From positions 35,712,001-35,776,000 of the forward strand of contig OX597832.1 in assembly GCA_951406725.2 (NCBI GenBank): DNA of 64,000 bases, read 5' to 3'. Under the pieces are notes generated by a model. That model did not search any database. It saw only the letters and a list, made by a program, of their open reading frames with translations, and was not told the DNA's origin. This document shows positions 24,250 to 35,117 of this stretch, one piece after another. Numbering within the stretch: position 1 is the first letter of the stretch; every line of letters begins with the position of its first letter. Made by a program: the position numbers and the translations under genes. Source of the stretch: Octopus vulgaris. Its lineage: Eukaryota.

Positions 24250-24830
24250 AGTCGGGGTCATGTCGCAGGTGAGGAAATTCACCATTGCAGTGAATTGCTG
24301 CTGCATTCACCATTTGTTGATACATTCCTGGATCCTTTTGGGCAACTCATCAAGCAAAGTCCCAGTCAGTCCTAATCTTCATCAGGTGTCTCCTCATCTG
24401 CCGTAACCATGTAGCATGTGGTCACCTAACATGAACCATCAATCCATCTGGATCCTCAGTGAAGAGAACCCAGTCAGCAGGGTCTAACTCAGAAAACTGA
24501 GCAGTCTCAGCTGGCACTTGCAAACCATACAAGTAACAGGACACATCCCAGTTTGACATAAAATCCAACCAAGAGTAACCTGTAATCCTACAAAGTGTCC
24601 TGGTACCAAAGGAGTTCAGGCAGCTCCTAAGAATCCCAGACGATGCCCATGTTGCACAACTATAGAGTAGAAAAGGGAGGACCAGCGACCTAAAGACCCA
24701 AAACTTTGTCCTCCTGCACAGATATTGGTAGTGCCAAAACACCCTTGTCCAATGATCCCACAACTGTACCAGCTCGTCCAAGTTGTTTTAGGACTTCAGA
24801 AATACTGCTAATACCATTATGAATCTCACT
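24250..24830 (-). mobile_element. RTE-clade LINE 3' fragment
   Basis: LCRRTKFWVFRSLVLPFLLYSCATW...LNSFGTRTLCRITGYSWLDFMSN matches the RTE post-RT motif (K..VFRSLVLPVLLYGCETW). Confidence 0.85.
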
Positions 24831-25939
24831 GCTTAGACTGAGAATGAAGGACATTAAACTTCTGGTAGGATATTATATCTTTTCTGGGGAGACATTATAA
24901 CCCCAGGGAGGAGATATTATCTCTGACTGGAGAAAGTATAGGTGTGTAAGGCATTGCCACTTGTGAGGAAATATTCCTAGTAAGACATTGTATCACTGGT
25001 GTAGAGAGATTGTACACCTGGAGAGAAGGCATTACACCAAGTAAGGCATTGTTACTCAAGGGATGTTATCTCTGGAAAGACATTTCTGCTAAGGTGACTC
25101 TTAGATGAAATAAGATTAGTATAACACTTTTCCCTGGAAGCATTGACTCAAATTGTTCAAGAAGAACATCAACCATATCAAACACTCCAGTGTCAGACAT
25201 TTGACATCCATGGCACAGTTACTCCCACCAGGTCTCAGTTATCTTGGAAGAATTTTGACTGCTATCACACAGCCCCTTCCTTTTGAGATCATCTCTTACA
25301 GAAGATCTTTGACAAGATGACACAATCCCTTCTTCTGGAGTTCATCTGTCTTTGAAGGCCTTTAACAACAAGAGCACAATCCATCCACTGGACCTCACTT
25401 GTCTCAGAAAACCTTTCACAGTCATGATAGAGCAGCTTCCTTCAGACAAAACTATTTAAAAGATGAATTGTATTTAATCATAACATTTTTCAAGAACCTC
25501 ATCCCACTTCATACATATATTATATATAAAATGTATGCATTAAAATATCCAGTATTATCAACCTGCAGAATAGTATCAAAGTATTGGCAGTATTTTTATA
25601 TCACACTTAAAAGTGCAGCTCTATATGACATGTCTTTTGTTTGTTCTTACTTTCATCAAAGTGGAACTTTTCTTTGACCGTTTAGTTTTATTGAGACAAT
25701 GAAGTCACAGATAAAGTTGTTAAAATAATTTCAATGACATGAAGTGAAAATATGATTAATAGGAGGAATATTTATCTGTTGAAAAATGAAATTTTTAATT
25801 TTATGTCCATTTTAGCATGCTGGCAAAAATGTGATATGAATTATTCTATTAACAGATCTAATTAAGAAAATTAAGAAACCATTACAACTATTTCAACTCC
25901 ATTAATTTAAGCTCACTGATTAGTACCAGTGACAAAATG

Positions 25940-27020
25940 AATACAACTATGAAATATAGAAATATAGAGCCAGGTAACCTGAGTCTATAAACACAGGAAA
26001 ACTATAGTCACAGTCAGTAGACACTTGGAACAATAAAGCAAGATTCTACAGATTCATAAAACCATAAATCCAAAATCTATAGAACCATATGACCACAGTT
26101 TATAAGCATATTAAAACATAAAGCCATGGTCTATCACAGAGATTTATTTAGCAACAGAATATAAACATATAGAAACATATTTTGACAGTCTATATATATA
26201 GGTATATAGAACCATATAGCAACAATCTATACACAAATAGAACCATATAGACACAGCGTATTGATATATAAATTTATATGGCTACAGTTTACAGACATTT
26301 AGCCACTGGCTAAAGACTTAGAGCACCATATAGTCACAGGCTGTTGAGATGTAGAACCACAGAGGCATTCTATAAGACATACGGACCCATATAATTAGCT
26401 TCAATTTATAGACAAATGGAAATGCCCAGCTATTGTCTGTATACCTGTAGAACTATTTTGCCACTGTCTGCAGACAAACAAAATCATGTATCCATAGTAT
26501 ACATGTAGAACAACCTATAGGATTACAGAACCACACAGCAACAAGCATAATGAGCCGTGTAACAACTATCTACAGGCATATAGAACCATATGATTTCTCA
26601 GAGGATATAAATTCTCAATTTTGCCCGGTATCTCTCTCTTCCTCTTTCTCTCTCTCTGCATATAAGTACCTGTGCAAGTACCACATAAAAGTGCCTGTGC
26701 CGGTGCCATGTAAAGCACCCGGTATGCTCTGTAAAGTGGTTGGTTTTAGGAAGAGCATTCAGCCATTGAAACCATGCCAAAACAGACAAATGGAATCCAT
26801 GCAGCCCTTGAGCAGGCCAACACCCGTCAAGCCATCTAATCCATGCCAACACAGAGAATGGATGTTAAAAGATGATGATGATAATGATCATATAATAGGC
26901 TATATACTTATAAAACAATATAATCAGAATCTATAGGTATATAGAATCATATAGTCATTGCCTTTTGATTATATAGAATCATACAGCAAATGCCAATAGC
27001 TGCAGTGTTATGGTACCTGA
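25940..27020. repeat. Degenerate ~31-bp minisatellite interrupted by a SINE
   Basis: Recurring TATAGAACCATATAGCCACAGTCTATAGACA-like units at 25940-26600 that resume after 26890. Confidence 0.7.
26690..26890 (+). mobile_element. Meta-domain-like SINE 3' part
   Basis: GTGCCGGTGCCATGTAAAGCACCC...GTGGTTGGTTTTAGGAAGAGCATTCAGCC...ATCCATGCCAACACAGAG...(GAT)n. Confidence 0.75.
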
Positions 27021-27091
27021 AATAGGAGAATGGGTGATAGAGATAAAAGGATATTGAATGAACAAGTGGGGCTGTAGATGATGACTTAGCA

Positions 27092-27319
27092 CAGGGATGG
27101 GCAACTTTTTGTTGACTGGGGGCTGCATTGTACCATTTCCAAGTGGGAGAGTGCTGCATGATAAAACACAAATGCATAAAATATTACTTACCCACTTTAC
27201 ACTGAATTTTTGCAGTTATTCTTAATTTTATTTGTCTTAGTATGAAATTAATAACCTAGAAACTCGAGGGCCACACAACAACATGTCAAGGGCCACAAGC
27301 CACAGGTTGCCCATGCATG
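27092..27319. mobile_element. hAT (Charlie-type) MITE, 228 bp
   Basis: TIRs CAGGGATGGGCAAC / GTTGCCCATGCATG and a perfect 8-bp TSD ACTTAGCA at 27084-27091 and 27320-27327, with central TA. Confidence 0.9.
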
Positions 27320-29059
27320 ACTTAGCATAAATGAATAGGGGAAAGGCCCATAGGTAGATATGTATTATTCTATATCCCAGCCTCTATCCCTAATCTCATT
27401 TTAACTTGTTTCGCATGGATGGTTGGATCATCTCTGGCACTGCATATTGCCACTCAATGTAGTCTTTTGTCACCTTCACGTGATGTAATATCTTGAGATC
27501 ATATCGTCACATTTTTAGACATGTACAACTGTATAGTCAGTCTATACACAGCTAAAAATATAATTTTACATTTGATTTTCTTGCTAGACTATGTAAGGTG
27601 AACTATAACAGTTTAAGTTAGTCCTTATTTGGATACACTGTTCTCCTAACAATATCTATGGCTGGATCAGATCATTTTCTAACTCCTAACACTCCACAGT
27701 GCACTGCTACATTTTATCTTGGCACCAACATTATAGAGGTGGCCTCGTGCTCAAGAAGACAAAACTAATAGCTCCTTTCAACACCCTACATTGTCCCTGC
27801 TTGTTCACCAAATAGTTTACAGAGTGTACTGTGTTTTATCCTGGCACTGACATAGGTGATGTTGCCTTGTACTCTGCAAAACAATAGGGGTTCTCATCAC
27901 TATATTGTTCATGACAGACCAATAAATGAAAAGAGAGAAAAAGTTGTAGCAGAAATCCAAGTTGTGCAGGAGAAGAAAAGCAAGTGTATTGTAAGAAGAG
28001 AGTGTGAGAGGAGGGAGGGAGAAATGAGAGAAAGAGGATGCTAAAAGGCATGATGAAGGGGCAAATTAAGGGTAGGAGTATGACTAAGCGCTGTGAGAGT
28101 GGAATTTTGGAGAGCAAGTTATGAATAATCATAGAAATGATTGATATGAAGAGTGTGATGGATGTCAATAATGAGTGATCTGGGATCAACTGAGTGATGT
28201 TTAGCAGGATAGAACTGTAATGTCAACCAGTGAAAAAAGGTCATGAATGATGAATAGTGTGATTGGCAATGGATGTCAATGAAAGGAGGATGTGAGTGAA
28301 AGAGTATGTCTGGCAGCACTGAGAAGACAGGGTTAAAAGAGAGAGATTGGGGAGAGTGTATGAGATACGATCAGATCCAATGCAATCAATCTTTAATTAT
28401 TCAGGCATTGTGATGGGAAAAACATTAACGTGGCTGCATATTGACTGGTGAGAGAGAGAGGGGGGGAGAGGGGGAGAGAGAGAGAGAGAGAGAGAGAGGT
28501 GGAGGGAAACGTGATTTGCAGAAATGTTTGGTGATAAGAAAGGATGATAGATGTGGATAGTTAATGAGCTGGGAGTGAGGAGAGAGTGGAGAGAATGATT
28601 GGTGGTTGAAAGGAGATTGATTGTGGACAGACATAAAGTTTTCTCTTGTTTCATTGATGGCCTGGAAGAGGGATTGGGTGAATAGAATATGGAGGAATAA
28701 AAGAGGACTGAAAAAACTAGAAGGGCAGAAGATGAGATGATTTAGCAGGTATAAATGACCCTTTTTAAAATATCTTTCACCTTGTTTGCATGGGTGGGTG
28801 GATTTTCTCTGACACTGCCTATTGCCCATCAGCATGGTGCTTTCTCATCTTCAGATCAGTCTTCACCACTTCATCTTATGTCTCCCTGGCTTTCCTTCTT
28901 CCTCAAGTTCCAACAACATTTGAGTGCTTGGCTCTTTCTTTTGTAGCTATCATCATCTGTATGCATTACATGACCATACTAGCATAGGCTTCGTTCTTGC
29001 ACACTACACCCAATTCCTCTTCTACCCGGTTTTTCTCTCAGTTCATTTGTATTTTACTA

Positions 29060-29460
29060 CTCATCTACATCACATTACACTTTAGAAACACTGAATATGT
29101 CTTCACCTGCCTAATCACCAAAAAGTTACAAGAAATTGAAAATGAAGATTGTGCAAATATTAATGAAATAGGCCTTAAAAAAAACTCCCTTAATTATCAC
29201 AATGAACACAATACTTGTTATCATGGTACCAGCACAACAGAGATTATCATCTCTTTGACAAAATTAAGGAGTCTTCTTAACGTTCTGCCATCTCCGTTTG
29301 TTTGCCAATCCCTTTACATTGTGTATTGGGTGTATTTTATTAGGACATCAGTGCTAATGAGAATGCCTTATGGCCCCCTTTTTTTTTATTTTCTTTTTTT
29401 TATGGCCTCTAGACCTGAGGAGACTACATTTTTCAGGGTGCAGACTGAGAATATGAATAG
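29060..29460 (+). mobile_element. Probable Penelope-like relic (decayed GIY-YIG C-terminus plus hammerhead-like motif)
   Basis: YITLHFRNTEYVFTCLITKKLQEIE...NINEIGLKKNSLNYHNEHNTCY...EIII...LLN follows the spacing of Penelope endonuclease C-termini. CTGAGGA at 29415-29421 has a GACTACA/TGCAGAC stem II remnant. Confidence 0.4.
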
Positions 29461-29998
29461 CAATGAGTTCAATGACTGTAAAAAAACAGGATGGGTGGAG
29501 GGGATGAGAGGAAGATAAGGAAACAGGATGGGTGGAGGGGAGCTGGTGGTAGAGGAGGAGAGTTAGTACAAAGTACCAATGTTAGTTACTCGCTGTATAG
29601 TAGAGAGGGTACAAGGACAGAGAGAGAGAGAGAGAGGTTAGTGAGAGGGTACAAAGAAGCAGGGAGGTAGCAAATACAGACTCAACAGAAGCTCTTGGAC
29701 CAGAGAACCAAATGTATGAATCTCCAGCCTCCTCCTGTCATTTTTACTAGTTTTGATGGTTTTATCTTTGTTGAACAAATATAGAATCAAGCTGTGAAGC
29801 TTTCAGTTGGTCCAGACTCAATAAAAATTGTGATTTGACAACTGATAGAGAAACAAACTTAACAAACGATATTAGTCACAGTTCTCAACGTTTCTGTTAC
29901 ACTGATATTAATAGCATTGCAAGTATTTAACATTCTAATTAGGAATATTTAAGGTGGTTACCTGTTCAAAGAGCTTAGTTATTCAGTTGTGCTGCAGC

Positions 29999-30150
29999 AG
30001 CAGCACCACCACCACCACCACTGCCACCACCACCACCACCACCACCATCTACAATTCAGTTACCATCTATGATACAACTACCACCATGAACAACATCACA
30101 TCATCATCATCAACACCACCTAAAATACAATCACCACCACCACCACCATG
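29999..30150. repeat. (CAC)n/(CAT)n low-complexity tract
   Basis: Direct. Confidence 0.85.
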
Positions 30151-30704
30151 AACATCCTATTTAATACAGAAACCACCACCATCGCCATTTACACTACTAT
30201 TGCCAGTAATGCCATCCTCACTAACACAACTTCTTCCTACAACATCACCATCGTTACTATCCTGACAAAAAAACACCACCACCTCTATTTTCCATGTCAC
30301 CAATAACAGCAGAGGTTCATTACCAATTTCCTGGCATCCTTGGTTTCAGGACCAATCAGGATCTGTCGTACCACATCAAGATAAATTCCTTTGAGAATGC
30401 CACCACATGGTTAATAACTTTTTCTGGCCAATCCTTTTTATGATATAAACTTTGTTCATTTACATTGTACACTCCATTAAACATTTAACAACCATCACTG
30501 TCTCTCTTCTCTTACTCCCACCTCTAACACTCTCTTGCCCAAACCATTCTATTTCTCTTCTCATACTCTTTCTCTTTCTTTATTTGATTGTCCTGGCTTT
30601 TCTGTCATTGCACTGTCCCATATTCTCTCTCTTGGTCACATTGCCTAGAATGAATTAGGACAATATACAACAGAAAGCTTTGCAGGGTTTAAGACGATCT
30701 CATC

Positions 30705-30975
30705 ATGCTGGTGCTACAAGCAGGTGTATCCAGTACACTCAGAGGCATGGTATGGAGAAGACGAATTCCCTGTGCTGGTAGCATGAAAATGCACCCAGGG
30801 ACCGTTATTAGGAAGAGCATCCAACTGCTGGAAACCAAAGAGTCATACCACAACTGTATGAGTGAGATATGTGTCTAAGAGGACAGTAATTCTGAACAAC
30901 AACTGATGTGGACCCTACCAACCTATACAGCCTTTGCCAGCTTTATAACAGACATAAAATGATGATGATGGTGAT
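30705..30975 (+). mobile_element. Decayed Meta-domain-like SINE
   Basis: GTGCTGGTAGCATGAAAATGCACCC...TTAGGAAGAGCATCCAACTG...(GAT)n. Confidence 0.55.
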
Positions 30976-31895
30976 GACGACGGTGGTTTGTAACAGTTCA
31001 ATATCTTATCACACACACACACACACTCTCTCTCTCTCTTTCTCTCTCTCAGCCAATGTTATAAAGAATAAGTTTTTTTTTTGAAGACTTCAATCTGAAA
31101 GTGTATTCCAGTTCCTAGTTGAAGCTATTTCCCTGGCCCTTGGGAAAGTTTCAAAATCCCAATTTCCAATTTTGAATTCCCCATAAATTCGATTCCTATC
31201 TTTCTCTATTGTTAACAATGTCAATGAAGACAATATTTCATTATACATCATGACAGCATGAAATCTTAGTACATGTTACTACAATCTCTCCCACTTTGCT
31301 AATTAAACATACAAGATAATTGCAAAGTCAATAACACCAAACTAATGATTTAGCAGAGATCAGATGAAAGAGAAGAGAGAAAATATCAAAGACATCTGGT
31401 CATTCTCATCTCTTGAAAAATAAATTTATGGAAATTTGGGAATTTTAGGTATTCTGCAATTCTTGTATGTCTAAGCTATATTTTGGATGTGCATTATAAA
31501 CCCAAATGATTTGAAATATCAACAATAAAATGGTTTATACTAAGATTCCAGCTGAAAGTATTACAAATGACAATGCCATAATGAGTTAGCATCAATTACC
31601 ATTATTGTTACATTAAACTCTCAAACTACACAGATGCTTGTTTCAAGCTACATATCTCAATATATTCTAAATGAAACTAAGTGACGATTGTTAAATGATG
31701 ATATCCATTAAAAAGCTTCCAGGAAGTTACAAAATTTATTTATTCTTAATACATTTCTTAATACAGCAATAACTGATTTTGTTGTCATTATGCTCAGATT
31801 AAGCTTGAAATTTTCTTTTTGTTTAATTAATTAACAATTAAGAAATAATTAGATTCCTGAGAACATTCACTATTTCATAATTTGCATCTTATATA

Positions 31896-32090
31896 CAGGA
31901 TGTCCCAAAAGTCACTGATAGGTTTCAATTTTTCATAACTTCCTTAACTTTACAAATAATTGCATAGAATTTTGATACAATATAAAAGACATAATGGGAA
32001 TTAATATGCACAAGTCATATTTTGCAACACCTCTACATCACTTATGAAAAATGTCATTGCTTAAATAGCAGCCATTTTCGGCTTTGCACA
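31896..32090 (+). mobile_element. Tc1/maT-like DNA transposon terminus
   Basis: TA-CAGGATGTCCCAAAAGTCAC...TCATAACTT resembles CAGGGTGTCCCAAAA-type TIRs. No partner TIR seen. Confidence 0.45.
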
Positions 32091-32614
32091 CTCATGCTCC
32101 TTCCTTTGTCTCTCTCAGATCATTATGTCTGGTCAGTTTTTACAGAAGCTTTCACAGGAAGATTCTACCTGTATTATTTCATTTAGGTGCATGTTCCCCA
32201 TTCTATTGGATTTCAATTTTCAGGACTATCCTTTGTATAAATTGAGTATACCATATAGGTATACAGAACTGTGATAATATGTAGATATATATAGAACTGT
32301 GATAATAGATATGGAGGTATGAAAATAAACGTAGAAAGAAGGAAAGAACAGAAAAAAAAAGAATGTTGTACAGGAAGTATAATACTATACATCTTCAAAT
32401 ATGTCTCATGAGATATCTAGATACATCATTTACGCATTGCTACCAAGAAGCAATTCTAATTGTGACCACACTTTCTTGTTTCAGATGTAAGAAAATTAAA
32501 TAAAACCAAATTCAATTCTATTCCACTTCAGGAATATATTTTGACTAAATTCTGCATCAATAACATTAAAATATTCATCTATTTCCAAAATAGAAATATT
32601 AGAAAATGACTTAC

Positions 32615-32643
32615 TTCATTCATGTGGATTCACTGTCAGTCCT
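32615..32643 (-). other. Candidate 29-nt micro-exon, possibly carrying a start codon
   Basis: Minus strand: TCTTTTTTTTAATTTTATTCCAG|AGGACTGACAGTGAATCCACATGAATGAA|GTAAGT. Strong acceptor and consensus donor. Confidence 0.5.
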
Positions 32644-32921
32644 CTGGAATAAAATTAAAAAAAAGATACATAATTAGATGATGTATTTATTTATTTACTT
32701 ATGTTTTCTCATCTTTTTTCATCACTTCTGTTTGTTTCACAGTCTCCCAAACACCGATTTCTAGTGCACACACACATTTTACAGCAGTATTCTAACAGTA
32801 AATAGATAGATATTCGTGGATATTTCTGATTGTCAAGAATATATTGTAAAGTATAGAACAAAGCTTGATATATACCAGCTAAGCAGGCACTCTATGAATG
32901 TATGGTCACAGTAAAAAAAGA

Positions 32922-33260
32922 GAGTAAAGACACCCTTCGGTCATGAATGACCAAGGGATTGCACCTAGAAACTTACCCTCTGAAGCACAAGTCCAGGTAA
33001 GATTGTTTATGGAAGACCAGCAGTCACCGACTCATACCAGCCTCGCCTCTCCACACCATTGATATTATCTAAGGGAAAGTCAAAAGGGGCTGATACAGCT
33101 TGGCACCTGTGACATCACAACTCATTTCTACAGCTGAGTGAATTGGAGCAACGTGAAATAAAGTATCCTGCTCAAGAACACAACAGATAGCCCAGCCCGG
33201 GAATTGAACTCACTACCTCATGATTGTAAACCTGATGCTCTAACCATTGAGCCATGTGCC
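32922..33260 (-). mobile_element. tRNA-derived SINE (family C), near full length
   Basis: Minus strand GGCACATGGCTCAATGGTTAGAGC (A box)...GAGTTCAATTCCC (B box)...GTGTTCTTGAGCAGGATACTTTATTTCACGTTGCTCC (CORE-like). Confidence 0.85.
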
Positions 33261-34084
33261 TTTATGGTTACAGTGGTCATATAAAACAGGGTCAAAATAT
33301 TGTCATTATAAACTTTATAGAAGAAAAACAAAAGAAACACCTTGGGTATGTGTGTGTGTGTGTGTATGTGTGTGTGAGAGAGAGAGAGAGAGGGAGAGAG
33401 AGAGAGAGAGAGATTTGTGCTCATTATTATTTAAGGAGACACAGGACTTGATCACAAAAAGAAAAAGAATGGACATTTTCTAGAAACATCCATTTAGCTA
33501 GACGATGTAAGTATACATCATGAAGAATTCTTTGCAGAAAATAATTATTGCTATGAGTAATTTCAGAACTGAAAAGAACCCTCCTTTATGACACCATTTA
33601 TGTCAGACAAACTTCCTCAAAATGGCTACCATGTTATTTCCGTATTTTATATTTGAAATCTAAGAATCAATTTGACCGATAATGTCTAACGGAACATTAC
33701 AGAATCTACAATTACAAATGTTTTCAAGGATGTTTCCAGCAACAAGAACTATTTTATTGCTCAATTTCGCTGTCTTTTATTGTTACCATTGTCATTTAGC
33801 TCCATATCCTCTCCAATCAAGTTGACTTATGACTACAAATATCCCAGCATGCTTCTCAACAAAGACCACAGTATCTAGCATGTTTTTTCTTACAAGATGA
33901 CAAGATGTAATTTGAGAGAAATTTCACTGCTATTTCTTGCAGCTTGAGTAACAGTGTGAAGCTTCCATTGTTTTTTTTTTTGTTGTTATTGTTTAGCCCC
34001 AGGTTAAACTATTGGTCAAAGAACTATTTCTACTACAATCATATTGACAACATTGTCAGAGGTTTTTTTTGTGGAAGTACAGTC

Positions 34085-34260
34085 TTTATTCCAATTAATT
34101 TTGAAAATAATGAAGGATTTAATAAAATTACATGGTCGTTATTAAGTTGGTGTTTGGGAACATAGATTAACTTGAAATTTTGTTGGAAGATTTTAATTTA
34201 GATGACTTTATAATAGAAAGTTTGTATCATAGAAACAGCTGTGATCTCAGACAGGTTGGA
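34085..34260 (-). mobile_element. Decayed copy of the piggyBac-type MITE family
   Basis: Reverse-complement similarity to 47722-47943 (GGAAGATTTTAATT...CAGGTTGG). Confidence 0.6.
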
Positions 34261-34821
34261 AAGATTTTACAACAAGCATTGATAATGAAATCACTATATA
34301 TGTATGTGCCATGGATCAAAAATTTTTTTTAATGATCTTAATTGCAAGATCTGTGTATTCATTTTAAGAGAACTTTTTTTATAACGATATAAATGTATTC
34401 ATTAATCAATTAAAAAGTTTGATAGAAACGGCGGCAATGAGTTGACATCTATCCATCATTTGTTATTTATAATTCACCACTCTCAGAACCTGCCTCTCAC
34501 ATGTTCTGAAGTATACTTGGCATGTATATTTAATAAAATGTGCATTTCTGAATTAGCCCAAGGGTTGATGATATACTCTGTTAAGTTCAAGTAATTGTTT
34601 ACATAACCTGAATATTGTTCTGCCAGTAATTCTGTACCAAGGCTGGTATTCATCTATAATTCCTGTGTATGCATTTTAATTCTGACCTAACCTGATGCCT
34701 TACCTTTAAGTACCTTATTCATCTGAATCTTATTTTATATATATATATATATATGAAATTTTGACATATATAATAACATATGACATGTAAAACATGATTA
34801 TACATACATTTGACATATATT

Positions 34822-34970
34822 GGTTTCAAATTCTGGCACAAGGCCAGCAGTTTGGGGAGAAGGAGTGAGTCGATTACATCGACCCCCAGTACTCAACTGG
34901 AACTTATTTTATTGACCCTAAAAGGATAAAAGACAAAGCTGACCTCAGCCGAATTTGAAGTCAGAACAAG
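34822..34970 (-). mobile_element. Nin/Deu-like SINE (family B), 5'-truncated
   Basis: GTCGATTACATCGACCCCCAGTACTCAACTGGAACTTATTTTATTGACCCTAAAAGGATAAAAGACAAAGCTGACCTCAGCCGAATTTGAA. Confidence 0.8.
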
Positions 34971-34977
34971 AAGCATA

Positions 34978-35117
34978 TTACCATATCCACTCACAAGGCT
35001 TTGGTCGGCCTGTGGCTATAGTAGAAGACACTTGGCCAAGGTGCCACGCAGTGAGACTAATCCGGAACCATGAGGTTGGTAAGCAAGCTACTTTACCACA
35101 CAGCCACTCCTGTGCCT
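34978..35117 (-). mobile_element. SINE family A, 5' half
   Basis: ATCCACTCACAAGGCTTTGGTCGGCC...CCACACAGCCACTCCTGTGCC. Confidence 0.85.

Noticed and set aside
33190-33260. tRNA-like sequences as tRNA genes (also 5282-5345, 44610-44678)
   Set aside because: No complete cloverleaf; each runs into a multi-copy SINE body.
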